DNA of 24,937 bases from a virus (IMGVR_UViG_3300035547_000480:1-24937), one strand, 5' to 3'. Shown: positions 1 through 9,367, numbered from the stretch's first letter. Notes: generated by a model from the sequence alone, not told the origin. Translations and numbers: made by a program.

Positions 1-98
1 CCACCGGTGGCTTTTTTAATGATAACGTAAGAGCGTCTGATCAGGTATGGAAGACGGTACACCTTCTTCTACGAATGGGAAAAGAGTGGCAGGTGTAA
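1..98 (+). CDS. 3' end of phage head-tail connector protein (partial)
   Basis: Frame from nt 3 reads TGGFFNDNVRASDQVWKTVHLLLRMGKEWQV* (TAA 96-98), resembling C-termini of clostridial prophage head-tail connectors; sits directly before the head-closure gene. Confidence 0.7.
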   Translation, partial: TGGFFNDNVRASDQVWKTVHLLLRMGKEWQV

Positions 99-113
99 AG
101 GGTAGGTGAGGAC

Positions 114-443
114 ATGAGCTTTGGAAAAATGAATCTACTGATTGAGATAAAAGAGAGTACCCTTACTAAAGATAGTGACGGGTTTTCAAATAAGGAAGAA
201 AGCTTAATTTTAAGAACAAGAGCTTATAAAGATGAAAGACATGGTTCAAGAAAGTGGGCCAATATGGCGGCCTTTACAAAAGCCAATGCCACCTTTCAAT
301 TGCGGCAGGCTCCAAATGTCACCATAGCACCTGGAATGATGATTTATTGTGACGAGGGCACCTATAAAATAGTAAGCGTTGAAGTGATTAGGGGGCTGTA
401 TTTAGAACTGGCGGCTGAAAAAATTGAAAAAACAAAAGCTTAG
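114..443 (+). CDS. Phage head-tail adaptor / head closure protein
   Basis: 109 aa, MSFGKMN...KDSDGF...ATFQLR pattern of SPP1 gp16-like adaptors; RBS AGGTGAGG upstream; synteny. Confidence 0.8.
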   Translation: MSFGKMNLLIEIKESTLTKDSDGFSNKEESLILRTRAYKDERHGSRKWANMAAFTKANATFQLRQAPNVTIAPGMMIYCDEGTYKIVSVEVIRGLYLELAAEKIEKTKA

Positions 444-453
444 GAGGAATTTG

Positions 454-885
454 ATGGCAAGAGCAAGTTACAAAATGCCGGAAGACTTTCTACTCAAGGT
501 GTCAAAACTGGCAGAAAAAACAGATGACATCATTCCTAAAGTTTTAAAAGAAGGTGGCGAAGTGGTGAAAGCCAAGGTCAAATCAAACCTGCAGGAAGTA
601 ATCGGAAAAGAGACAAAAGAACCTTCTAGATCAACAGGACAGCTACTTGATGCCCTTGGCATAACGCCGGCAGGTATTGATAGAAAGGGGGATTACAATG
701 TAAAGGTTGGTTTTGATGAACCAAGAAGTGATGGCGAGTCCAATGCAAAAATAGCCAATATTTTAGAGTATGGCAAGTCGAATCAACCGGCTAAACCCTT
801 TTTGAAACCTGCGAAAACAGCGAGTCGAAATGCCTGCATTGATGCGATGAAACGAAAGCTTGATAAAGAAATCGAAAAAATCTAA
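454..885 (+). CDS. HK97 gp10-like phage protein
   Basis: RSTGQL...ANILEYGKSNQPAKPFLKPA motif typical of the family; AGGAGG RBS favours a start at 451/454 rather than 424. Confidence 0.85.
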   Translation: MARASYKMPEDFLLKVSKLAEKTDDIIPKVLKEGGEVVKAKVKSNLQEVIGKETKEPSRSTGQLLDALGITPAGIDRKGDYNVKVGFDEPRSDGESNAKIANILEYGKSNQPAKPFLKPAKTASRNACIDAMKRKLDKEIEKI

Positions 886-902
886 AAAAGGAGGCGGGAT
901 GA

Positions 903-1253
903 GTGGAAGGCAGTATCTTAAAAGACATAAGGGAAGTTATAGAACCATTAGGGCTTCCCATTGAAACAGGTGTGTTCAGTAAAAAGGCACCAGATGAATA
1001 TCTAGTGATCACACCCATGAGCGATGTTTTTGATTATTATGCTGATAATTTGCCAAGAGCTGACATGCAAGAGGCCCGTCTTTCTCTATTTTCAAAGGGC
1101 AATTATCTGGCTAGGAAAAAGGACATAGTAAGGCGTCTACTTGGTGCAGATTTTACGATAACAGACAGGCGGTATCTTGGCTATGAAGAAGATACTGGTT
1201 TTCACCATTTCGCCATTGATGTACTAAAAGAATACGAAGTGAGTTTAACTTAG
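903..1253 (+). CDS. Putative tail completion/terminator protein
   Basis: 116 aa between gp10-like gene and major tail gene; C-terminal YEEDTGFHH motif; AAGGAGG RBS before GTG. Confidence 0.65.
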   Translation: MEGSILKDIREVIEPLGLPIETGVFSKKAPDEYLVITPMSDVFDYYADNLPRADMQEARLSLFSKGNYLARKKDIVRRLLGADFTITDRRYLGYEEDTGFHHFAIDVLKEYEVSLT

Positions 1254-1276
1254 CTATTTTGAAGGAGGAATAAAAT

Positions 1277-2158
1277 ATGGCAACAATCGGATTGGACAGT
1301 CTATATTATGCAACGATAACGGAAGATACAAGCGGGAATGAAACCTACGGCACCCCTAAAGTCTTAGCAAAAGCCATGACAGCAGAGCTTAGTGTGGAGC
1401 TAATTGAAGCGATTCTCTATGCAGATGATGGGGCATCAGAAGTGGTCAAAGAATTTAAAAGCGGAGCCTTGACCCTTGGTATTGATGATATTGGATCCCT
1501 TGTCGCGCAGGACCTGACAGGGTGTAAAATTGATAGCAATAATGTGGTGGTGTCAAGAAGTGAGGATGGAGGAAGTCCGGTAGCTATTGGGTTTCGTGCC
1601 AAGAAGGCAAATGGGAAGTACAGATATTTCTGGCTTTACAGAGTTATCTTTAGTGTGCCACCGACAAGCCTTGCTACAAAGGGCGATTCTATTACCTTTT
1701 CTAGTCCCACCATAGAAGGAACTGTCTTTAGGCGCAATAAGTTAGATGCTGAAAGCAAACATCCTTGGAAGGCAGAGGTCACAGAAGGAGATAACGGTGT
1801 AGCTGGTGAAACCATTACTGGTTGGTTTAGCGAAGTGTACGAACCGGATTTCACACCGGTGACACCCTTGATTACGATTACCACACAACCTGATGCCTTA
1901 ACGGAAGTCACTGCGGGTAATATTACTGAAAGTCTGTCTGTGGTAGCAACATCTAATACCAGTGATCCAGTCACTTATCAATGGTACGAAAACACAACCG
2001 ACAGCCCGACGGGTGGAACGATTATCAATGGTGAAACCTCAGCGAGTTTTGACATTCCGACGGATCTTACAGCGGATACCTATTACTATTATTGTGTTCT
2101 AAGCTTATCAGGAGCTAGTGATGTTACAACGGATGTCGCGACGGTGACTGTATCTTAA
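1277..2158 (+). CDS. Major tail protein (phi13-like family) with C-terminal Ig-like domain
   Basis: MATIGLDSLYYA...LYADDG...VAIGFRAKKANGKYRYFWLY; C-terminal ITTQP...VTYQWY...YYYYCV Ig-like pattern. Confidence 0.9.
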   Translation: MATIGLDSLYYATITEDTSGNETYGTPKVLAKAMTAELSVELIEAILYADDGASEVVKEFKSGALTLGIDDIGSLVAQDLTGCKIDSNNVVVSRSEDGGSPVAIGFRAKKANGKYRYFWLYRVIFSVPPTSLATKGDSITFSSPTIEGTVFRRNKLDAESKHPWKAEVTEGDNGVAGETITGWFSEVYEPDFTPVTPLITITTQPDALTEVTAGNITESLSVVATSNTSDPVTYQWYENTTDSPTGGTIINGETSASFDIPTDLTADTYYYYCVLSLSGASDVTTDVATVTVS

Positions 2159-2173
2159 GGGGAGGGAAAGTAA

Positions 2174-2584
2174 ATGGCAGATGGAAAAATAAATGTCGAT
2201 GATGCATCGGAAGAAAGAAGCACGACGATTCAAATTGGTGGCACTGACTTTAAATTGATTCTTACGACCAAAGCAACAAAGGAGATTGCTGGGCGCTATG
2301 GCGGCCTTGAAAATCTCGGCACGAAGCTGATGAAAACCGAGAACTTTGAAATGGCCTTAGATGAGATTGTGTGGCTGATTACGCTTTTAGCCAATCAGTC
2401 CATTTTGATTCATAACATTAGAAACAAGGCTGAGAAGAAAGAACTCTTGACCGAAGAAGAAGTCGAGCTTCTCACGACACCTTTTGATCTGGCTGAGTAT
2501 AAAAATGCTATTATGGCCAGCATGATGAAGGGAACAAAACGAAATGTGGAGAGTGAACCATCAAAAAACGAGGTGGTCGGGTAA
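2174..2584 (+). CDS. Tail assembly chaperone (G-like)
   Basis: 136 aa between major tail and tape measure genes; ends in ...PSKN with slippery heptamer A AAA AAC. Confidence 0.8.
   Translation: MADGKINVDDASEERSTTIQIGGTDFKLILTTKATKEIAGRYGGLENLGTKLMKTENFEMALDEIVWLITLLANQSILIHNIRNKAEKKELLTEEEVELLTTPFDLAEYKNAIMASMMKGTKRNVESEPSKNEVVG
2563..2569 (+). promoter_or_regulatory. -1 programmed frameshift slippery site A AAA AAC
   Basis: X XXY YYZ heptamer correctly phased in the chaperone frame (TCA AAA AAC). Confidence 0.75.
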
Positions 2585-2772
2585 GTGATGAGGAACTCTT
2601 TACCCGACTGATTTATTACGGCACAGCCCACCTTAACAGAAAAGAGGATGAGGTGTGGCTGATGCCCATTGGTTACCTGATGGATCTTTGGGAATGTCAT
2701 AAACAGTTTATTGGTATCTCAAAACCGAGAAAGGAATATTTTATTGATGATGTGATCCCAGAGTGGATCTAG
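2563..2772 (+). CDS. Tail assembly chaperone GT extension reached by -1 ribosomal frameshift (not in ORF track)
   Basis: -1 frame is open from the slippery site: RGGRVSDEELFTRLIYYGTAHLNRKEDEVWLMPIGYLMDLWECHKQFIGISKPRKEYFIDDVIPEWI* (TAG 2770-2772). Confidence 0.8.
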   Translation, partial: KKRGGRVSDEELFTRLIYYGTAHLNRKEDEVWLMPIGYLMDLWECHKQFIGISKPRKEYFIDDVIPEWI

Positions 2773-2918
2773 TTGTCATTTGGGTACGTAAATATACATT
2801 AATATACGAACAAAAATGACAAAGAGTAAAGTTTGACATTAGTGCTATAAATCATCATTATCTTAGCACGTTTGAAAAAATAGCATTAGAAACAAAACAA
2901 AAATTATTATATTACGTT

Positions 2919-2944
2919 GACGCCAGAACAGGTGTCTTTTTTTT
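2919..2944 (+). terminator. Intrinsic terminator-like hairpin immediately before tape measure gene
   Basis: GACGCC-agaaca-GGTGTC followed by T8. Confidence 0.55.
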
Positions 2945-2970
2945 ATTCTGGTAGAGAGGAGGTGGCAGAA

Positions 2971-5571
2971 ATGGCTGATAATTTTGGACTGAAGATTGGT
3001 GTAGAAGGCGAGAAGGAATTTAAAAATGCCCTTAGGGACATCAATAGAAGCTTCAAGGTGTTAGGTTCTGAAATGAACCTAGTTACGTCCCAATTTGATA
3101 AACAGGATAAATCTATTGAAGCCATAACAGCTAGAAACAACGTCCTGAATAAAGAAATCGATGCACAGAAAAATAAAATCGGTACATTAGAAGCCGCTCT
3201 AAAAAATGCCTCCGACTCTTTTGGAGAAGCAGATAGACGAACACAGAACTGGGCCATTAAACTGAACAACGCTAAAGCTGATCTTAATAAGATGGAAAAG
3301 GAACTGGATAAAAATGTTCAGGCCATAGATGAGATGAACCAAGGCTTTGATGAAGCTGAAGATGGCGCCGATGATTTTGCAAGTGCTGTAGATAAGGCCG
3401 GTAAAGAAACGGAAGATGCATCAGGAAAGTTTGAAAAAATCGGCGGTGTCCTAAAAGGCATCGGCGCTGCTATAGGAGCCACGGTACTTGCCATTGGCTC
3501 TGCAGCTGTTGCTACAGGGGCAAGCCTTATAAAACTAGGCGATGATTATAACTCAGCGGTGAATCAGATATCAGCATCCACCGGCGCCACCGGTCAGGAG
3601 CTGGAGGAGCTGGGCGAAGTCGCTCAAAATGTGTATAAGCATAATTTTGGTGACAGCTTAGAGGATGTAGCGAATGGCATATCTGAAGTGAAGAAGACTA
3701 CCGGACTCATGGGTAAGGAACTGGAAAAGGCTACTGAGTCCGGGTTTGCTTTAAAGGACACCTTTGGTTTTGAGATGCAAGAGTCTGCAAGGGCTGCGGG
3801 AGCACTCATAAAGAACTTCGGAATTTCCTCTGAAGAAGCCTATAACATCATTGCCACCGGTGCTCAAAAGGGTGCCAATAAAAATGGAGACCTTCTGGAT
3901 ACATTAAATGAGTATTCGGCTCAATATTCTGCCCTTGGACTGAGTGCAGATGAATTTATCACCGGCCTTATTGGCGGGGCTGAAGCCGGAGCTTTTAGTA
4001 TTGATAAGGTTGGAGATGCCGTTAAAGAGTTTAATATCAGGGCAAAAGACGGTAGCAAAGGAACTGCTGAAGCCTTCACTTCACTTGGGCTGAATGCAGA
4101 TGAAATGACTAAAAAGTTTGCCAGTGGCGGTGAAGAAGCAAGCGATGCATTCTATAACGTCGTCGAAAGATTAAATGAGATAGAGGATCCACTTCTGCGT
4201 AATGCAGCAGGCGTCCAGCTTTTCGGGACACAGTTTGAAGATTTAGAGGCGGGGGTGCTTCCGGTGCTTGCCGGTATGAAAGACAGCACCATTGCAACGA
4301 AGGATGCCTTAAGTCAAATTACAGAAGTAAAATATGATAATCTATCCGATGGCTTTGAAGGCGTTAAAAGATCCATGCAGGGTGTGTTTTTACCGGCGGT
4401 GAGTGAGGTCTCTTCAGGTATTACAGATTTGTTTTCTGAACTCTCCAATGGGATTAACGGGGCAGATGGAGATTTTGAGAAAATATCAGACGTGATTGGT
4501 GAAACTGTGGGCGGCATTACTACGCTCATAGCAGAACAGCTCCCTCAATTTGTGACCCTTGGATTGGATATCGTCATGGCTCTTGGAGGAGCGATTATTG
4601 ACAATCTTCCTCTTATTATTGATTCGGCCATGCAGATTATTATGACCCTTTTATCAGCCCTGATTGAAGCCCTTCCTCAGATAACAGAAGGCGCATTATA
4701 TCTTGTGATGGCTCTGGTGGATGGGATTATTGCCAATTTGCCTGCCCTAGTTGAAGCCGCTCTAATGATGATTGTGACCTTGGCAACAGGAATTGCTGAA
4801 GCCCTTCCTGAACTCATTCCATCTATTGTAGAGGCCATCATTTTGATCGTGGAGACACTTATAGCCAATATGGACCAGATTTTAAATGCAGCATTTCAGC
4901 TTGTCCAGGGTCTTGCTACAGGGATACTAGGTGCTCTGCCGACACTGATTGAAGCGCTGCCGCAGATTATTAACAGCATTATTTCCTTTATTACCGCGAA
5001 CTTACCACAGATTATCGAGATGGGTGTAGAGCTGACGATTCAATTAGCAGCAGGATTAATTAGAGCTATTCCACGGCTTGTAGCTCAGCTTCCTCAAATC
5101 ATCGCAGCCCTTGTATCGGGACTTGGAAGTGCTGTTCCATCCATGATGGATGTTGGAAAGAACATCTCAAGAGGTTTATGGGATGGTATCTCTTCCATGA
5201 TTGGCTGGCTGAAAGGGAAAGTTGATAACATGGTCGGCGGAATCGTAAAAGGAGTTAAAGGAGTTCTCGGCATCCATTCACCATCAAGAGTCTTTGCTGG
5301 TATTGGTGCCAACATGGGCCAAGGTATCGGAGAAGGTTTCTCTGAAGCTATGAGTGGTGTTGAAAAAGATATGCAAGGGTCTATTCCGACAGACTTTGAT
5401 TTAGATTTGAACTCTCAGGTGACAGGTAGTTTAAGCGGATCTGAAGGAGCTGTTTTTGATGTCACGATCCCACTGACTATTGATGGAAACATATTAACTC
5501 GTGTGATTGCCCAGCTTCAATGGAATCAAAATACCGTGACCGTTAGAAACCTTGGGGTGGCAGGATTATAA
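2971..5571 (+). CDS. Phage tail tape measure protein
   Basis: MADNFGLKIGVEGEKEFK N-terminus, coiled-coil, Ala/Gly-rich core, periodic LPxII amphipathic repeats, GIHSPSRVF motif; AGGAGG RBS supports ATG 2971 (866 aa). Confidence 0.93.
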   Translation: MADNFGLKIGVEGEKEFKNALRDINRSFKVLGSEMNLVTSQFDKQDKSIEAITARNNVLNKEIDAQKNKIGTLEAALKNASDSFGEADRRTQNWAIKLNNAKADLNKMEKELDKNVQAIDEMNQGFDEAEDGADDFASAVDKAGKETEDASGKFEKIGGVLKGIGAAIGATVLAIGSAAVATGASLIKLGDDYNSAVNQISASTGATGQELEELGEVAQNVYKHNFGDSLEDVANGISEVKKTTGLMGKELEKATESGFALKDTFGFEMQESARAAGALIKNFGISSEEAYNIIATGAQKGANKNGDLLDTLNEYSAQYSALGLSADEFITGLIGGAEAGAFSIDKVGDAVKEFNIRAKDGSKGTAEAFTSLGLNADEMTKKFASGGEEASDAFYNVVERLNEIEDPLLRNAAGVQLFGTQFEDLEAGVLPVLAGMKDSTIATKDALSQITEVKYDNLSDGFEGVKRSMQGVFLPAVSEVSSGITDLFSELSNGINGADGDFEKISDVIGETVGGITTLIAEQLPQFVTLGLDIVMALGGAIIDNLPLIIDSAMQIIMTLLSALIEALPQITEGALYLVMALVDGIIANLPALVEAALMMIVTLATGIAEALPELIPSIVEAIILIVETLIANMDQILNAAFQLVQGLATGILGALPTLIEALPQIINSIISFITANLPQIIEMGVELTIQLAAGLIRAIPRLVAQLPQIIAALVSGLGSAVPSMMDVGKNISRGLWDGISSMIGWLKGKVDNMVGGIVKGVKGVLGIHSPSRVFAGIGANMGQGIGEGFSEAMSGVEKDMQGSIPTDFDLDLNSQVTGSLSGSEGAVFDVTIPLTIDGNILTRVIAQLQWNQNTVTVRNLGVAGL

Positions 5572-5592
5572 AATAGAGAGGAGGGAGCCTAC

Positions 5593-6720
5593 TTGATTGA
5601 AATATATGCAGGGACCACTTTAATTCAAACCGTTGGCAAAGTGATGAGTGCTAATGTGAGAGAAACACTAGAGGGAGAATTTACCCTTTCATTTACGGTT
5701 TTAGCGAAATCAGCATTGGCACTTAAGGTAAAACAGATAGCAAAACTGGATGATCAGTATTTTGAGATTGTTCAAATTTCAAAAAGTCTTCAAGGTAGCC
5801 TTCCTGTTTGTTCTGTAATTTGTGAGCATGTGTCCTATATACTTAATCATGAGATGTATAACATGACCAGTTTTGATTTTACAGGTGATCCGGCAGTAGG
5901 ACTGACAGACCTTCTTAATGGAACGCCCTTTACCGCGGGGGCAGTCGAGTTTACTGGAAGTGTCACTATGAAGATTAACCAAGAAGTATCAAGACGAGCC
6001 GCTCTGATGCAGTACATCGCTATCCTGGGAGGCGAGATTGAATATAATGGTTATAACATCAATATCCGAAGTCATCGAGGCAGTAATACCTATAAGCAGG
6101 TGATGGATACTAAAAATGTCACCAGTGTCGCAGTATCCCATGATTCTAGAGAGAATGCTTCATCCTATGATATTTCATTTTTCAAGTTATTAAACCTTGC
6201 AGTAGGGGATAATGTGCAGATTGTTTTTACACCCCTTGGGATTAATGTTAAAACGAGAATTATTTCCCTTGAGTATAACCCTTTTTACAGGTACCACATC
6301 AAGGTGGAAGTGGGTGGTTACAAGCCGAGTATTTCAGATACCTTTTATCGTTTGGAGAATTCCATTTCAAATGTAGGGAGCTCGGTCAATGATATACAAA
6401 CCCAGGTCAATGACTTAGGCGTATCCTATACCATTGTCTCGGATATTGTGGTCAGTGAAAGTACCATTAATGTGACCTATGCTGTTGAAAATGGGGCAGC
6501 AGAGCAGTACCATGCAAACTATTCATATACTGTGGATGACAGTGGAAGAATCACCAGTATTACACTGAATGATATTTTCTCTGAGCTTCTATTAAAAGAG
6601 GTGTCCCAGCTAACGGTGGGCAGCACGAATTTTGACATTGTCTATGCAGATTACACCACAGCAACTTATAACTATACAACTGATGCTAGTGGTCGCATCA
6701 CCAGCGTCACCAAGGTTTAG
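5593..6720 (+). CDS. Tail tip / hub protein (prophage tail endopeptidase-like N-terminal fold, no evident enzyme domain)
   Basis: ETLEGEFTLSF...QYFEI...CEHVSY pattern of Tal-like proteins; short coiled-coil and duplicated YxYTxDxSGRITSxT module at the C-terminus. Confidence 0.65.
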   Translation: MIEIYAGTTLIQTVGKVMSANVRETLEGEFTLSFTVLAKSALALKVKQIAKLDDQYFEIVQISKSLQGSLPVCSVICEHVSYILNHEMYNMTSFDFTGDPAVGLTDLLNGTPFTAGAVEFTGSVTMKINQEVSRRAALMQYIAILGGEIEYNGYNINIRSHRGSNTYKQVMDTKNVTSVAVSHDSRENASSYDISFFKLLNLAVGDNVQIVFTPLGINVKTRIISLEYNPFYRYHIKVEVGGYKPSISDTFYRLENSISNVGSSVNDIQTQVNDLGVSYTIVSDIVVSESTINVTYAVENGAAEQYHANYSYTVDDSGRITSITLNDIFSELLLKEVSQLTVGSTNFDIVYADYTTATYNYTTDASGRITSVTKV

Positions 6721-6734
6721 AAGGAGGTCTTTAG

Positions 6735-7808
6735 ATGAGTTATGATAAAAATTTTAATAATGCTTTAGCCATCTGGACAGCCCTTGGTGGCAGAGGAGAA
6801 GTGGTCTTTGGTATTCCAACCCTTTCTTGGTCTAAGAAGCATTATAATGATTTTGGCTACACCCAATATGGCAGTGAAACCCGGATTGATGTGTATGATA
6901 ATGGCAATGCTCAAATCGCTGTTTATCAGGCAAAAACACCCTATATGTCTTATTTCAATTATACAACAGGTCAGTGGACTGTGGTGGATTGCTTTTATTG
7001 GAGCTATGGTGCACCGGTCATTTTATGGGCAGGTGGTGGTGTGTTTCTTGCCAAAATTACAGGTATGGCTAATATCATTGCTTCCTTTGATGGCATCACT
7101 TGGCATAATGCAGGCTACTGTGCCGGGGCCTATAATGCCATGACCTGCGGGGCTTATGATATGAATCAGACGAGTGGTATTGTCAGCTGGTGGTATTATA
7201 AGTCGCCGGTTTATTATAGCTTTGATTCATTAACCGAAAGAACAGCCTGGAATTTGGTTGGTTCGGATGGCACTTCAGTTCCAATTTTTAAATACCTAAC
7301 GACCCATAAAGGTTTATTCGTTGGTGTAGTTGGGGGAGATAAATCCATAGCCACTGCCAGTACAGCGAGTCCTGGATCCTGGATGACGACCATTCCAGAA
7401 GATGTGAATGAAACAAGTTATATGTATATTCGCTCAATCAATGATGTGCTTTTTGTAATGAAATATACTTACACCAACGTGGGCGGAGATTACACCTATT
7501 ATGTCACCCTATGCGTTTTAAATGATACAGCGACGGTGCTGACTGAAACGAACCTTAGCCGGGTGGGTGATCTTGCAGATAATCACAACCCAAATCCTCA
7601 GAATATCATCTGGATGGATGACTGGGGCAAGTTTGCTCTCTTTTCAGAAAGCATGCTCTATGTCTCTGATGATGGACTGACCTGGGAAGGCGTCGAACAA
7701 CCTGGATTTACAGTGAGTCAATACGACACTTTTGGTGGATCTATTTATGTTCCTGGGGACGGCTTTTATGTTAAAGCCAGCGGCTATGTTTATCATGCAC
7801 CTTATTAA
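6735..7808 (+). CDS. Putative receptor-binding/tail-tip protein, beta-propeller-like
   Basis: 357 aa, Tyr/Trp-rich, Asp-box-like motifs SFDGITW and SDDGLTW; last gene before the lysis cassette. Confidence 0.5.
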   Translation: MSYDKNFNNALAIWTALGGRGEVVFGIPTLSWSKKHYNDFGYTQYGSETRIDVYDNGNAQIAVYQAKTPYMSYFNYTTGQWTVVDCFYWSYGAPVILWAGGGVFLAKITGMANIIASFDGITWHNAGYCAGAYNAMTCGAYDMNQTSGIVSWWYYKSPVYYSFDSLTERTAWNLVGSDGTSVPIFKYLTTHKGLFVGVVGGDKSIATASTASPGSWMTTIPEDVNETSYMYIRSINDVLFVMKYTYTNVGGDYTYYVTLCVLNDTATVLTETNLSRVGDLADNHNPNPQNIIWMDDWGKFALFSESMLYVSDDGLTWEGVEQPGFTVSQYDTFGGSIYVPGDGFYVKASGYVYHAPY

Positions 7809-7835
7809 TCGATGAAAAGGACTAAGTAAAAAATC

Positions 7836-7871
7836 AAGACGCTTATGATACATCTCATGGGCGTCTTTTTT
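7836..7871 (+). terminator. Intrinsic terminator after tail genes
   Basis: AAGACGCTTATGA-tacatc-TCATGGGCGTCTT stem followed by T-run. Confidence 0.7.
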
Positions 7872-7904
7872 ATATACAAACTTAAATGAAAGCGAGGGAA
7901 AGCG

Positions 7905-8321
7905 ATGAAAGAAATATGGAATATTGTTCAAATGGTTTTTGCAGCTGTTGGCGGATGGTTGGGTTACTTTTTAGGGGGTTACGATGGGTTTTTATATGCG
8001 TTGATTGCCTTTGTGGTGGTTGATTATCTATTAGGCGTCATGTGCGCAGTGATTGAGAAACACCTATCCAGTGATATTGGCGCTCAAGGTATCTTTAAGA
8101 AAGTCGTTATTTTTTCTTTGGTAGGCGTGGCCCATATTATCGATCAAAACATTATCGGGGATGGCAGTGCTATTAGAACGGCGGTGATTTTCTTCTACTT
8201 ATCAAATGAAGGGATTAGTATTATTGAAAATGCCACAAGATTAGGATTGCCGGTGCCAGATAAATTGAAGGACATCCTAGAGCAGTTAAAGGATGGAGGC
8301 GATAAGGATGGCACTAAGTAA
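7905..8321 (+). CDS. Phage holin (toxin secretion/phage lysis holin family)
   Basis: Hydrophobic; GGWLGYFLGG..D, LSSDIG..GIFKK, FFYLSNEGISIIENA..LGLPVP family motifs. Confidence 0.92.
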   Translation: MKEIWNIVQMVFAAVGGWLGYFLGGYDGFLYALIAFVVVDYLLGVMCAVIEKHLSSDIGAQGIFKKVVIFSLVGVAHIIDQNIIGDGSAIRTAVIFFYLSNEGISIIENATRLGLPVPDKLKDILEQLKDGGDKDGTK

Positions 8322-9291
8322 CTTAAAAACAAAGTACATGACCAGAAATGATTGTTATACAGCTGGCAGAAAGATTAAACCTAAAGGAATTATGGTTCAT
8401 TCTACTGCCACACCGGGAGTGATGGCTGCTGATTGGCTTAGCCGGTGGAACAAATCCTACAAAGCAGGAGAGATTAAAAGACAGGTCTGCGTCCATGCAT
8501 TTCTGGATGACAAGGAAATCTGGCAGTACCTGCCCTGGAATCACAAGGGTTGGCATGCCGGAGGAGATGCGAATAATACCCACGTCGGTTTTGAGATATG
8601 CGAGCCGGGTGGGTTTTCTTATTCAGGTGGCACTACCATGGTGGGCTATGATGTGAAGAAAAATGAAGCCTACTTTAGAGCAGCTTGGCAGAATGCAGTG
8701 AACCTTTGTGTCCATCTCTGCAGAGAGTATGGTCTGACTGAGAAAGACATCATCAGCCATGCGGAAGGGAATAAGAAGGGAATCGCATCAAACCATTCAG
8801 ATGTGGGTCACTGGTTCCCAAAGCATGGAGAGAATATGGATACCTTTAGAGCTGCAGTAAAGAAGGCACTGGAGAATGTAGGCGAAGCCAAAGAGGTCTT
8901 TGAAGCTGGCAATATTGTAGAAATCAAAGCGTCTGCTAGAACCTATTATCCAGGCGGTCCAATCATTCCAAATTGGGTGAAATGGAACTATCATCTAATC
9001 ACCCAGGATGTGTTTAATGGTAAACCTGTGATCAAAGGCGGCAAGGAATGTGTTCTTCTTGGTAAAACCATCCTCAAAAGCACTATGGGTGAGAAGGCTG
9101 GCATTATGACTTGGGTTGATAAAGACAATCTTGAAATGGTCAGTGCTGGTGTGGAGGTTGAACCTGAGAAGGAATACAGTAAAAAATACTACCGTGTGCA
9201 GGCAGGTGCCTTCAGCGACAAGAAGAATGCAGAGGCCCTTATGGCCCGTCTTAAGAAGGCTGGATTTGATGCTTACATGAAGTATGATTAG
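8308..9291 (+). CDS. Endolysin: N-acetylmuramoyl-L-alanine amidase (Amidase_2-like) with C-terminal SPOR domain
   Basis: IMVHSTA, WHAG..N, GFEICE, ISHAE motifs; C-terminal YRVQAGAFSDKKNAEALMARLKKAGFDAY; GGAGG RBS favours ATG 8308. Confidence 0.9.
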   Translation: MALSNLKTKYMTRNDCYTAGRKIKPKGIMVHSTATPGVMAADWLSRWNKSYKAGEIKRQVCVHAFLDDKEIWQYLPWNHKGWHAGGDANNTHVGFEICEPGGFSYSGGTTMVGYDVKKNEAYFRAAWQNAVNLCVHLCREYGLTEKDIISHAEGNKKGIASNHSDVGHWFPKHGENMDTFRAAVKKALENVGEAKEVFEAGNIVEIKASARTYYPGGPIIPNWVKWNYHLITQDVFNGKPVIKGGKECVLLGKTILKSTMGEKAGIMTWVDKDNLEMVSAGVEVEPEKEYSKKYYRVQAGAFSDKKNAEALMARLKKAGFDAYMKYD

Positions 9292-9310
9292 AAGAAAAAT
9301 TGAATTATTG

Positions 9311-9345
9311 GGCCGGTGTTATTTTTATAGCATCGGCTTATTTTT
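9311..9345 (+). terminator. Intrinsic terminator after endolysin
   Basis: GGCCGGTGTTAT-tttt-ATAGCATCGGCT stem then TATTTTT. Confidence 0.65.
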
Positions 9346-9367
9346 ATCCCTATATATAGAAGAAATG

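Larger units (their letters stand above)
1..9345 (+). mobile_element. Prophage late module (head-tail joining, tail, lysis) of a siphovirus-type temperate phage; continues upstream of the window and probably includes the downstream recombinase cassette
   Basis: Colinear co-oriented order: connector, head closure, HK97-gp10-like, tail completion, major tail, chaperone G/GT, tape measure, tail tip, holin, amidase. Confidence 0.93.

Noticed and set aside
6735-7808. Diversity-generating retroelement target in the receptor-binding gene
   Set aside because: No reverse transcriptase and no template/variable repeat pair seen in the window.
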